Below are positions 35,601 to 44,790 of a DNA stretch of 64,000 bases, one piece after another; the first letter of the stretch is position 1, and the number at the start of each line of letters is the position of its first letter. The notes beneath the pieces are model-generated. The model did not search any database. It was not told the origin of the DNA and saw only the letters and a program-made list of their open reading frames with translations. The stretch comes from a virus. The stretch lies in the IMG/VR virus record IMGVR_UViG_3300045988_010351; one strand, given 5' to 3'. Position numbers and translations under genes: made by a program.

Positions 35601-36663
35601 TCTGTGGGATGAATTGTTCAATGTGTTACAGGAGTATGAGACTGACGTTAGAGAAGTAAACTTTGACAGGAAGACTTGGTTCAGTAGAATGTTTGGTACC
35701 TCTGCTTTATTCCTTATGAATAATGCTGGTGAGCACTGGATGCAGAATAGAACCTCATTAGCACTTGCTGATGCTTATAAGATGAAAGCTCCTGATGGTA
35801 AAATAGTTTCCTTGTGGGATGCTATGGAGGTGGTTCCTATAGATAAGAACAACAAGAAGTTAGGTGCTAAATTGCAGTTAAAACAAGGTTATACTAAGGA
35901 AGACGGTTCTGCATTTACAAGGGATGATATTATAGCATTCAGTAGGAAATCTGCTGCTATAAATCAGAGAATGCACGGTATTTATAATAAGGCTGATAGA
36001 AGTGCAGTGCAAAGATTAGCTGTAGGTAGAATGGGAGTTATGTTTAGAAAGTGGATTAAACCATCTCTTAACAGAAGATTCAAGTCTGCCACATATAACT
36101 ATGATTTGCAAGCATGGACAGAAGGTTATTATAATACTACAGGAAGATTTATGTGGCAATTAGCTAAAGAGTTGAAGGAAGGTCAGTTTGCAATAGCTGC
36201 TAATTGGAATAATCTTACAAAGACAGAAAAAGCCAATATTAAAAGAGCTGCTACTGAAGTAGGTCACTTCTTAATTATTGCTGCATTCTTAGGTCTCATG
36301 GATTGGGATGATAATAAGAATAGACCTTGGTTACAGAAGATGATTGAGTATCAAGCAAGAAGACTTTATACTGAAATTGGTACTCAGGTTCCAGGCCCTC
36401 AAATGGTAGGAGAGGCTCTTAAAATCTTAAAGTCTCCTGCTGCTGGTATTAATACTGTGGAAAATGTTTTGGATATGGTTGGATTGTTGAATCCTATGAA
36501 CTATGAAACTTTTGCAGGTGAAGATGCCATCATTCAGTCAGGTAGATTTAAGGGGGATTCAAGAGCCACAAAACTATGGTTTGAGTCACCACTAATTCCT
36601 ATGAATAAAACTATATATAGAGGATTACATCCAGAAGAAAGTATTCCATTCTTCAAACAATAA
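32608..36663 (+). CDS. large virion protein (about 1351 aa), possibly a further vRNAP or ejected-protein subunit
   Basis: Long ORF. The ORF-track start at 32566 overlaps the upstream stop; the ATG at 32608 (MARSCAIIP) lies just after stop 32588-32590. No catalytic motif recognised. Confidence 0.5.
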   Translation: MARSCAIIPKVKNRNGQVVDSKLFKDLLSFTSNNRSEAIRLYLITKSNQFIKDWQPRLTLDENNEPTLRSLLKQTNISEVIPETKVLERLNREIGYYKKGMDRPALWENNDENYQKLKQRAIAFNQNSEYRDDYVANIIKIQDSESPRVFIGVKVEKRNRLNSVNADKMEYNENLNNRLRGILESHGIGIGALTDLERRMGIHGVTDFDVARNAANGLVEMIRLANGIQGERALPEEFAHFAIEAMGDNPLINRLINNISSNGLAREIIGEDYDTYDTLYHSDEAKLAKEAAGKLLAKHLLQGENIPSAPYKNLLQRVIQAVKNFFKNINASPIQRAIREADKNFGSLAQQILNGSMDEVIDIGNITSSGVFYNTSERVARDKKLLQGVIENELKRLKIYEKRNPNSQFSVNQRLLIDRLETELADNNEIEGIYVFVENALEELTKVNNRLTMLQNTPATNVNERAGVLRDVRNYLYSYKHITDDIRKALIDEERYADNRYGQRVRVVLDNTTTLLGDLFVRYNNVAMPLFVDFIKPFVGESITVPFGKFKGKTMTAESLVKVADKDISFFDRWLDSMADSSDYMLKVMDQAVKKSKENARLETINVMKELQAATIKLEQAGVKNTDWMFERDSKGNLTGNYISEINQGLFKEKVREMFKSLNEKYGKNPVGDNAEKYRKERQAWFDANMEVVNGKKQPKVSIYGNKAYQNLSPVQKEYYNRIMEIKAKLDSYLPDKYTTLTNAVKIRKDLLERVKASDGVRSGSTQVWEAVKDQFIRRTDDTEFGDRATVKDFEGKEVQVLPIYYTKMKEGESPNDLSTDIVSTLTAYAAMANDFNEMNKVIDVLELGRDMLKEREIIQTRGGKPLVEKFKSVGRKVESTLTKSGDETRFMQRLNDFFEMQVYGRYMADEGTFGNTKIDKGKVANFVNRITSLNMLGLNLLSGISNVTTGKIMMRIESFAGEFYNESNTLIADRNYGKALPEYLAEIGNRVKTSKLALWDELFNVLQEYETDVREVNFDRKTWFSRMFGTSALFLMNNAGEHWMQNRTSLALADAYKMKAPDGKIVSLWDAMEVVPIDKNNKKLGAKLQLKQGYTKEDGSAFTRDDIIAFSRKSAAINQRMHGIYNKADRSAVQRLAVGRMGVMFRKWIKPSLNRRFKSATYNYDLQAWTEGYYNTTGRFMWQLAKELKEGQFAIAANWNNLTKTEKANIKRAATEVGHFLIIAAFLGLMDWDDNKNRPWLQKMIEYQARRLYTEIGTQVPGPQMVGEALKILKSPAAGINTVENVLDMVGLLNPMNYETFAGEDAIIQSGRFKGDSRATKLWFESPLIPMNKTIYRGLHPEESIPFFKQ

Positions 36664-36667
36664 GATT

Positions 36668-36748
36668 ATGGGTTTATATTTGATAATATTGATTGTTGGC
36701 ATACCTTTATGTATACTGGCATTAGGATTTCTAAATAAAGAAGATTAA
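36668..36748 (+). CDS. possible micro-ORF, 26 aa single-TM peptide (MGLYLIILIVGIPLCILALGFLNKED)
   Basis: Read directly. Lies between the stop of the 1351 aa gene and the bidirectional terminators. Hydrophobic core. Confidence 0.15.
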   Translation: MGLYLIILIVGIPLCILALGFLNKED

Positions 36749-36767
36749 TTTGTTAATTGTTAATAAG

Positions 36768-36814
36768 AAGGGGGAGTGAGTAGATTAAGTTCTACTCCTC
36801 CCCTTATTTTTTTT
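36768..36814 (+). terminator. intrinsic terminator for + strand giant-gene operon
   Basis: Stem GGGGAGTGAGTAGA pairs with TCTACTCCTCCCC (one bulged nt). Loop TTAAGT. Then a T8 run 36807-36814. Confidence 0.65.
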
Positions 36815-36820
36815 ATTTCC

Positions 36821-36860
36821 TACAAAATAAAAGGGAAGTAACATTTCTGTTACCTCCCTA
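36821..36860 (-). terminator. intrinsic terminator for - strand (end of 2634 aa gene)
   Basis: Hairpin AGGGAAGTAACA / TGTTACCTCCCT (36832-36859; 12 bp, one mismatch; loop TTTC). On the - strand it is followed by TTTATTTTGTA (the complement of 36821-36831). Confidence 0.55.
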
Positions 36861-36882
36861 ATAAAAAATTTCATCCTACTGA

Positions 36883-39800
36883 CTAAAAGGCTATACATTT
36901 AACAGCTTGGTCTCTCTCTTCTTGGGAGATTGAATCAAACTTCTCTGCTGTCCAACCTTTCTTCAATAAATTCTCTTGCATAGAATCACTTAAAGTATTG
37001 AATGATGTAGTAGTTGAAGTAGTACCTCTCAATTCACTGATAGTAGGAACTTTGAATGTGCTATCTGCATATTTACCCTCATTAATTCTTCTGTAGTAGT
37101 CTATCAAGGAAGGTCTAAAGTTATTCCAGTTAGTAACCTTAGTAAAGAGTTCCTTGAAGAAATCAAGTATTCTCTTGCCTAAGCCTCTATTCTGTCTTGT
37201 CATTACATACTCTCTGAATCCCTCTGCCATGTCTTCCTCTAATGAGAGGTTATCTTTTTCACCATATAATTTCTTTGCTTCATCATATAGTGCTTGTCTT
37301 TCACCATTGTCAAGAAGGAGATTAAATACGGCATGGAAAGCTTCATGGTATGCAGTACCTTCAGCAGCTATGTCAGACAATGTGATTACACCTTTATCAA
37401 ATTGACCCCAAGCTAAAGTACCTCTTTTACCTACTTTGATAAGACCTTTTACTACTTTTACTCTATCTGGTTCACTTAATTGGGGAAGTACCCTACTTAA
37501 CCATTTAAGTTCTTTTTTCTCATCCCACTTTTCATAATCAAGTGATTTTACTTTTCTTAATTTATGTCTTGTTCTTGAGGCTTTCTTATTGTTTATTGCC
37601 TGTTCCTTTTGAACAGTATAAGCAGCACCTGTCTGGGTATTACCTTGATTAATAGTTGCAGGAGTTTCTACAGTAGTGATAGCATCATAATCTGACATAG
37701 AAAGTTGAGTAAATTTAATATCAAACCCTGCAAGAGCCTCATCTAACTTAGTAGTATTATTTCTCACATCCTCACTATGAAGTTTTTCTGCTTTTCCTGA
37801 CTCAAACAAATCTGTAAATTTCTTATTCAAGTTCTCATGTACAAACTCCCTTATAGTGTCAGGTGTCATGTTGAAATCCATAATAGTATCCTTGACTCCT
37901 TCAGGAGTTAATATAAGCATTCTCCATCTCTTTCTATCATTGTCCCACTCTATTTGAGCAGTATTATTATTGGGGGTTTTTACATATATAACAGGAATAA
38001 GATTTTCCGTATTATATAAATAACCAGTAACATTTTTACCCACCTTTGGTAAAGGCATTTTCTTAGTATTAACAGAGGCAGTACTTACAGTAGGTACTGT
38101 GTCAGGGTTAAACAATATAGTTTTTTCATTAGCCATGTCTTTAACCCTTTGTGGATTACCTCTAAGCATTTTGCTAATAGTTTGTTCAATCTGTACTTGA
38201 GAATATCCTCCTTGTACAGAGTTATTTCTTATTGCTAAGAATGTTTTACCATTAGGAAATACTGCATAGTAATTATTTGAAGCCACATGGGCTGCTTCTC
38301 CCTGTCTGCCAAATCCCTCTGTAATATTAGGAACTTTAGTAAGATATACTTCTACTCCATTAATTGTAGTAAGTGGTGTAACATATCCCTTATGTAATTT
38401 ACCATCTATTTCAAAGTAACCTACTTTATCTTTATCAGTAGATTTGTGTTCAGGTGTTAAGTCCTCAATAGGATTCTGTATCTCTAATGAAGTTTCAAAG
38501 ATAGGTAATACTGTCTGAGCTTGTGCTGGAGTAGCAGGAGCTTCTACAGGTTTATCTACTTTAACATTACCTACTAAAGGCACATTAACAGCAGGATTAT
38601 ATGTAATAGGAATACCCTTTTCACTTTGTACTGCTGATACCTTCTCCTTATCATAACTCAATACAAATGGCATTACAGCTAACTTAGTAACTGGTACACC
38701 ATACTGAGATTCAAATAGGTTCTTGTAAGCAGAAAGTTGTAAAGTATAGTAATCCTTTGTACTCATTCTTTGAGTAGCAGATGGATTATTAAAGTAGTTA
38801 ACCTTACGACCATATCTGTCTATAAAGTCATAGAAGCTGTATCTACTTGTCTTTACATCATAAATCTTAAAGTTACCTTCCTTATCAACAGAGAGAATAT
38901 CAACTTCACCTGCAACTCTTGTACCATCAGAATATTTCTGAAATAATACAATATTATCAGCAAGGAATCTTTCTCCCATTAACTCCATGTTTGACTTAAC
39001 ATTATTAAGAGTAGTAATCAAATCTATGAAAGCATTCTCTGACATATTGGATGGCTTCACTATCTTAGACACGTCTCTTATAGTAAAATACTGTCTGATG
39101 ATACTATCTACTGCTGAACCAGCATCAAGTGCCCTTTGTGAATTAGTACCAGACATCTTGTCTCTTACTATATTCACAATAGTATCTCTACTCTTGGCAT
39201 CAGTCTTACCTCTGTAAGCAGTCAAGTCTACCTTAAACTTGTTCTCCAAGTATTTCAGATAGTTCTCATACTGAGTAGGATTATCTACAAACTTGCTAAG
39301 ATTAAATCTTGCTGATTCAAGAGCACTTGTCTGCTTGTCAGATATTATCCAATTAGAGCCTAATCTGCTATGTACTCTACTGTACTGATGATATTCACCA
39401 TCATCTTCAAGTACATAATAGAACTCACCATCAGTTCTTGTCTTGTCTACTCTCTTTTGGTTCTCATATATTTCACTGATAACCTCCTTAGACTTGGCAA
39501 CTCTATCCTCTCTTTCCTTCTTTCTACCTGCAATAGTATCCTTTACATCTTGTGCCTCCTGGTCACTGAGATATACTTGCTTACTTCTGTCAAGTACCTT
39601 ACCATCAGGAGTAAGAACTTTGTTATCTACCATCATTGAAGAGTTAGCAGAATCCCCAAAGTTATCTTGTGCCCAAGCTAAATCAAATAATATTCTATTA
39701 TCATTAGTAATTGTTACACTTTTACCTTGGTCATCCCTAATAGTATTTGTCTTTAAGTCCACATAGTATGGCTTGTTTGAGAATACAGATGTTATCCTTG

Positions 39801-42800
39801 TACCACTTATAGCACCTTCAGTGCCACCCACAGGTGTCTCTATCTTCCTCTTAGGCTGAGGAGCTACAGAAGCTGGGCTTATAGCCTGATGCAGATTACC
39901 CTCATTATCAAAGTAGTCAGTTGTAAACCAAGTACTTCTTACTGAAGCCTCAGTAATATTTGAAGTAAGGATATTAGAGTTTATCAATCTGTTGTTGTAT
40001 GCACCTTCATTTATTCTTCTTGTGCTGACCTGTAAAGGAAGATTGAATTTGATGAGGTGTCCAAGTATCTCATTGTATATATCCTCAGGATTCTTGATAG
40101 TCCTTTGGAATCTCTCATCATCATTTGCTTCTTTAGCAACATCTTCACTAAGTGCAAATTCTAAGCCACTAATAACAGTACTTTTACCAAAGTTAGAGAA
40201 ATATACATCATACTTATCCTCCTTGATTTGCTCTTTTCCTTCAATGATTACTTTTTCATAAGTACCATCTGGCTTTCTCACTTTCTTACTAATAACAACA
40301 CCATTACCTGTTCCACTATTGAACCAAGTAACCATAACATCTTGCATATACAAGTCTTGAGCTAAGTCTTGCATAGCAGCAGATACATCATCTTGTGATG
40401 TAGCAGTTGATAACTTAGTAATGGCATTCTTTATATCTTCACCAATAGGAGAAGAGCTTACACTGCTGTCACTTAGATTAAACTCTTTACTATTAAAGTG
40501 TTTAACTCTTACAGCAGCAGGAGAATATTTACCAGCTCCATTAGGTATAAGCAGATATAATCTACCCTCTTTCTGGCTCATATCCACTGGTTTAATAATA
40601 AGACTGTCATCAATCTTATTATTGGTAGTAAGTACACCATTCTTTATAATACCAAAGACAGGTTTTCTATCAGTTGAAGATACATTAGGAATATCTTTAA
40701 GACTTCTTTCAGTATTGCCATAGGGAACTCTACCTACCATTATCTTAGAAGCTCTTGTAGTAGGTGTGGCAATGAACTTGCCTTTAGATTGAGCACTTGA
40801 CTTATCACTGTGCATTACATTGTCTACAAAGTGAGCTAAGTCAGTAGGTGTAGTATATTTGCCTTCCCATAAATAGTCTAGAATTTGCTTTGATTCACTA
40901 GGAGTTAGCTTTCTCCAAATATTGATGCCTAGTCCATCATTTCTATCAAATACTTTATTGTTTTTATCACTAAAGTAGGTTATAGTAGAAGTCCCATCAG
41001 GATGCTCTATATAGGAATTTTTTCTTCCAAGAGTTCTTGGGTCAGCAGGACTTGTTCTCCAAAAATTAGAGGCTCTATCATTCTTAGTTCCTTGTTTATT
41101 TGGATTATACCCAAATACTTGGCCCACTCCTTTGCCTCCTAAGGAACTATGAATAATAATTCTCTCTTCTATTGTAGAAGGCTCATTTTTATTAATATTG
41201 GAAGTAGATGCTTGAGTAGTAGTTCTGCTGGCATACTCTCTTCTTATCTTCTCTTCAAGACTCTTCAGACCCTCATACCTTGAAACACTATAGTCAGATT
41301 CATCTAAACTACCTACTACTTGACCATTCCTTTTATCTATAATAAATATAGTGTGGTCATTAAATGAAGGGTCAATCATAAAGCCAAGCTCATCACCTAC
41401 CTTTAAGTTGCCTTCATTTAAGTATCTAAATGCTCCACTATCTCTTAGATAACCATAAATGCCAGAGAAGTCTACACCCTTTTCTCTCTCACCTACTACT
41501 ACATCAAATGGTCTGAAGTCTCCTTCCTTGCTTGCTTCTATATGCAATTCAGGTATAGCAGGTCTATAGAATTGATTAGAGGTATCTCTACTTGGTCTTT
41601 GTGGAGTTTCTACCCTTTCATTGGCTTTCTTATTCTCCTCACTGACCATCTCAGCAGTTATATTACCTACAGGTAATTCTACTGTAGGCAAAGCCCCACT
41701 ACTTGTTACAGTAGGAGTAGTTGCAGTTCCACTATCTCCTGTATCAGTCCTATCATCACCTCTTACAGTTCCCCCTCTCTTTTCTACAGGCTTCTTATAT
41801 TCAGGTGAGAATCTGTCCTTGAATCTATTGTCATTGTTTACTTTTGACATTGCATTCTGCAAGGCATATTGAGCTTCTTGGAATCTTGTTGCAGACAGCT
41901 CAACATCACCCTCAGAATCTTCATCAAAGGCATTCTCATTATTAATATAGATTGAGTTAGGATTAGCTAGGTACTCCAAACTATCAGAGTTATTGAACTG
42001 GTCTTGAAAGAGCTTCATAGCATCTTGTTTAACCTGTGGTTCTGCATCTGACTCATTAAGGACTCTTCTTACTTCATTATTATATTGTGAAGTTTCTCTG
42101 TAGTTTTTAGCCATTTCACTACCTCCATCCTCAAGTTCTTTTAGAACTTTATCTCTATTCTCTGTATCATCTTGGGCATCTATTATACCTCTAAACTCTT
42201 GCAAGTTCTGTGCAGCATTCAAAGATGCTTTCAAGTCATCAGACTTCTTCTTAATCTCTTGTTGTACAGCTTGCTCATCAGCTCTTGCATGGTCTTCTGC
42301 TTGCTTTTGAGGGTTCTCAAGGTACTCTTTTAACTTTGCATTATATGTCTTTGAAGCATTGCCCAACTTAACAATATCATTCAGCTTAGTTGTAATATCT
42401 GCTTTCTCATCTGCACTAAGTACAGTTTCATCTACCTCATTAATATCCTTAATAAGACCATCTACAAACTTAGGATTAGTTGCTAATGTATGAGCCAGTA
42501 CACTGTCATCTTGACCTCTAACCATATTAAGGGTGTTGATAGCACCTTCAATGTCTTTTACATTCTTATCTGCTTGTTTATATCTCTCTGTTATATCTGC
42601 ATGATGTTGACCTTCAAAATCCCTAACTTGTTGATTGAATCTAAGAAGTGAATCTAAGTTACCTATTACATTACCAATAGCTGACTTTACCTCTCCAGAC
42701 ATAGATGTTGCCCTTTCAGCCCAATTGCCTATCTGAGACTTCATCCATGTCAATTCTTCAAGCTGTTCATCTGATAATTGCTGACCTGTTCTAAGAATAA

Positions 42801-44787
42801 GTTCATCCTTTATATCTTGATACTCCTTTATTGTATTAAGAATGTCTTCCTTATTCTTGTTTATTTTGGAAGCCATCTCATTCATAGCTTCTTCAGTTCC
42901 AAAATTGGCTATTATATTGCCATTATCATCTTTAGAAGCATATTGGGAAAATGGTCCAATTAAATCACCCTTTTCATCCTTTGAGGTGGTATTAACCACT
43001 ATAGACTCTAAATCTTCTTGTGAAGTTCCTGATGCCTCATTTATAGCAGATTTTAAGTCTTCTATCTTCCCTGCTTGGTCAAACATTACAATATCAGATA
43101 CTAACTGAGCATGTTCTGCATTCTTAAAGTTGAACTCATCACCCTGTTCAGCAGCTTGATTCATATCATTCTGATACTTATTATGCCTGATAAGACCCTG
43201 ATAATAGTTTTTGAACTCTGGAGAGTTAACTCTATTATTCATGTAGTTAGCAATTTCATTCTCTCTTGCTATCTTATTCCTATAATCTCTCCACTTATTT
43301 ATGGCACCCTCTTCAATAGTAATAGGAGATTGTAGTGAACCTGACTCACTTCTAATTCCTCTAAACTTTGGCATACCTAAAGCACCTGTAAGAGCACCTA
43401 TGAAAAACTCTTCCCAAGATGAAGCATCATTTACTGTCTCATTAATTCCTTCAGCAAATGCTTTGGTCCAACTCAAAGTCTCTTGTGCAGCCTTTGGGTC
43501 AGTCTTTGACTTATAGAAATTATTTACATTAGTTTCATAATCAGTTTCATAATATTTTCCTGCTATAGTTGAAGCAGCTTTTTGAGAAATTTCTTCAGTA
43601 CCTTCAGATAATGCGCCCTTTGTTATCGCAGTAGCAGCACCTAATTTTGTAGTTCCAGCTTTGTATTCACCTGGCCTACCTAATATATTATAAGCTTTCC
43701 TAGATGTTTTGAATCCATTGGCATACAATTTACCAAACTGAATTATATTAGATGCAGTAAGGATAGGTATATTCATAAGTAAGTCCATATTACCCATCTT
43801 TAATCTATCTTCATTCAGTTTACCAAGAGCTGCATTATATAATTCTCTTTCTTTTGCAATAGCTTTTTGGTAATTTAAGTAAGCTGGGTCTACAAGCTGA
43901 GTACCATCTACACCACTTTTTATAAATTGTCTTCCTGCATTAGCATTATATTCAGCTTGTATTGCATTTAACCTTTCTCTTAGCTTGTCATCAAGCTGTG
44001 CTTTATGGAGTTCAAACCAGTCTTTACTATTATTAAGTGCTTCAATTCTACCCTCATTAACAGCAGAGGTAACTGAACCTAAGCCAGTTGCAACTATAGA
44101 AGATGCTTTACTTATGCCCTTTAGAGTTTTAATCCCAGCACCTAATCTCTTAGCACCAGCCATAGCTAATTTACCAAGACCTTTAACACCAGCAGCTTCT
44201 AAACTACCACTATAGAAAGCACCTACTGTGAAACCTAAGTTCTTGATAAACTTATCACCTAAGAAATTGGCAGTGAAGATATTTTCATACCAAGGTTGTT
44301 CTTGCTCTGCTTTTGTATAATAGTTAGGCAATGCTTGTTCAGACCACTCATTAAAAGACTGCATAGCCTTAGAGAAGTCATTATCCCAAAGACCAGACCA
44401 CCTATCTTCATTTATTGCAGTTCCTGCTCCAAATAATAATCCTATAGTACCATCAAGAAAAGTAGTACCTGCAAGTATAGCACCTTTAGCAAGACCTGCT
44501 CCTATTTGTGCATACCAAGGTTGGTTTTCAGCTCTTATATCTCCAAGATTTTGAAATTGTTCTTCAGTTGAAGTAGGCTCATCAAACATGCTCTCACCCC
44601 AAGGTGTAGTAGTCCCAGCTAAGGGACTACTAACCCTTTGAGGGGCTTGTCTATTTATATCATACTGTGATATAGTTTGAGGTCTTACACTTGCAAAAGG
44701 GTCATTGTTTGCATCTTGAAGCTGCCTAAAGGTCATTGGACCACTCTTAGTAATATCTATATCCTTTACTTTAGTTTCTTTTTCCAT
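36883..44787 (-). CDS. giant virion protein (2634 aa) with internal RecB-family nuclease-like motifs and C-terminal HExxH
   Basis: 8 kb ORF. Gly/Ala-rich N-terminal region, long coiled-coil-like middle, Thr/Pro-rich linker. GEVDILSVD...IYDVKTS...YYTLQLSAY (D / D-x-K / QxxxY; + coords about 38700-38960). TAYHEAFHAVF zincin-like HExxH (about 37335-37349). Confidence 0.6.
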   Translation of the reverse strand: MEKETKVKDIDITKSGPMTFRQLQDANNDPFASVRPQTISQYDINRQAPQRVSSPLAGTTTPWGESMFDEPTSTEEQFQNLGDIRAENQPWYAQIGAGLAKGAILAGTTFLDGTIGLLFGAGTAINEDRWSGLWDNDFSKAMQSFNEWSEQALPNYYTKAEQEQPWYENIFTANFLGDKFIKNLGFTVGAFYSGSLEAAGVKGLGKLAMAGAKRLGAGIKTLKGISKASSIVATGLGSVTSAVNEGRIEALNNSKDWFELHKAQLDDKLRERLNAIQAEYNANAGRQFIKSGVDGTQLVDPAYLNYQKAIAKERELYNAALGKLNEDRLKMGNMDLLMNIPILTASNIIQFGKLYANGFKTSRKAYNILGRPGEYKAGTTKLGAATAITKGALSEGTEEISQKAASTIAGKYYETDYETNVNNFYKSKTDPKAAQETLSWTKAFAEGINETVNDASSWEEFFIGALTGALGMPKFRGIRSESGSLQSPITIEEGAINKWRDYRNKIARENEIANYMNNRVNSPEFKNYYQGLIRHNKYQNDMNQAAEQGDEFNFKNAEHAQLVSDIVMFDQAGKIEDLKSAINEASGTSQEDLESIVVNTTSKDEKGDLIGPFSQYASKDDNGNIIANFGTEEAMNEMASKINKNKEDILNTIKEYQDIKDELILRTGQQLSDEQLEELTWMKSQIGNWAERATSMSGEVKSAIGNVIGNLDSLLRFNQQVRDFEGQHHADITERYKQADKNVKDIEGAINTLNMVRGQDDSVLAHTLATNPKFVDGLIKDINEVDETVLSADEKADITTKLNDIVKLGNASKTYNAKLKEYLENPQKQAEDHARADEQAVQQEIKKKSDDLKASLNAAQNLQEFRGIIDAQDDTENRDKVLKELEDGGSEMAKNYRETSQYNNEVRRVLNESDAEPQVKQDAMKLFQDQFNNSDSLEYLANPNSIYINNENAFDEDSEGDVELSATRFQEAQYALQNAMSKVNNDNRFKDRFSPEYKKPVEKRGGTVRGDDRTDTGDSGTATTPTVTSSGALPTVELPVGNITAEMVSEENKKANERVETPQRPSRDTSNQFYRPAIPELHIEASKEGDFRPFDVVVGEREKGVDFSGIYGYLRDSGAFRYLNEGNLKVGDELGFMIDPSFNDHTIFIIDKRNGQVVGSLDESDYSVSRYEGLKSLEEKIRREYASRTTTQASTSNINKNEPSTIEERIIIHSSLGGKGVGQVFGYNPNKQGTKNDRASNFWRTSPADPRTLGRKNSYIEHPDGTSTITYFSDKNNKVFDRNDGLGINIWRKLTPSESKQILDYLWEGKYTTPTDLAHFVDNVMHSDKSSAQSKGKFIATPTTRASKIMVGRVPYGNTERSLKDIPNVSSTDRKPVFGIIKNGVLTTNNKIDDSLIIKPVDMSQKEGRLYLLIPNGAGKYSPAAVRVKHFNSKEFNLSDSSVSSSPIGEDIKNAITKLSTATSQDDVSAAMQDLAQDLYMQDVMVTWFNSGTGNGVVISKKVRKPDGTYEKVIIEGKEQIKEDKYDVYFSNFGKSTVISGLEFALSEDVAKEANDDERFQRTIKNPEDIYNEILGHLIKFNLPLQVSTRRINEGAYNNRLINSNILTSNITEASVRSTWFTTDYFDNEGNLHQAISPASVAPQPKRKIETPVGGTEGAISGTRITSVFSNKPYYVDLKTNTIRDDQGKSVTITNDNRILFDLAWAQDNFGDSANSSMMVDNKVLTPDGKVLDRSKQVYLSDQEAQDVKDTIAGRKKEREDRVAKSKEVISEIYENQKRVDKTRTDGEFYYVLEDDGEYHQYSRVHSRLGSNWIISDKQTSALESARFNLSKFVDNPTQYENYLKYLENKFKVDLTAYRGKTDAKSRDTIVNIVRDKMSGTNSQRALDAGSAVDSIIRQYFTIRDVSKIVKPSNMSENAFIDLITTLNNVKSNMELMGERFLADNIVLFQKYSDGTRVAGEVDILSVDKEGNFKIYDVKTSRYSFYDFIDRYGRKVNYFNNPSATQRMSTKDYYTLQLSAYKNLFESQYGVPVTKLAVMPFVLSYDKEKVSAVQSEKGIPITYNPAVNVPLVGNVKVDKPVEAPATPAQAQTVLPIFETSLEIQNPIEDLTPEHKSTDKDKVGYFEIDGKLHKGYVTPLTTINGVEVYLTKVPNITEGFGRQGEAAHVASNNYYAVFPNGKTFLAIRNNSVQGGYSQVQIEQTISKMLRGNPQRVKDMANEKTILFNPDTVPTVSTASVNTKKMPLPKVGKNVTGYLYNTENLIPVIYVKTPNNNTAQIEWDNDRKRWRMLILTPEGVKDTIMDFNMTPDTIREFVHENLNKKFTDLFESGKAEKLHSEDVRNNTTKLDEALAGFDIKFTQLSMSDYDAITTVETPATINQGNTQTGAAYTVQKEQAINNKKASRTRHKLRKVKSLDYEKWDEKKELKWLSRVLPQLSEPDRVKVVKGLIKVGKRGTLAWGQFDKGVITLSDIAAEGTAYHEAFHAVFNLLLDNGERQALYDEAKKLYGEKDNLSLEEDMAEGFREYVMTRQNRGLGKRILDFFKELFTKVTNWNNFRPSLIDYYRRINEGKYADSTFKVPTISELRGTTSTTTSFNTLSDSMQENLLKKGWTAEKFDSISQEERDQAVKCIAF

Positions 44788-44790
44788 ATC

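Noticed and set aside
37154-44215. Numerous 60-110 aa ORFs on the + strand inside the 2634 aa - strand gene (for example 37154-37405, 39443-39766, 40421-40723)
   Set aside because: All lie antisense within a long, clearly coding giant ORF. Typical low-complexity antisense artefacts of AT-rich coding DNA, with no independent signals.
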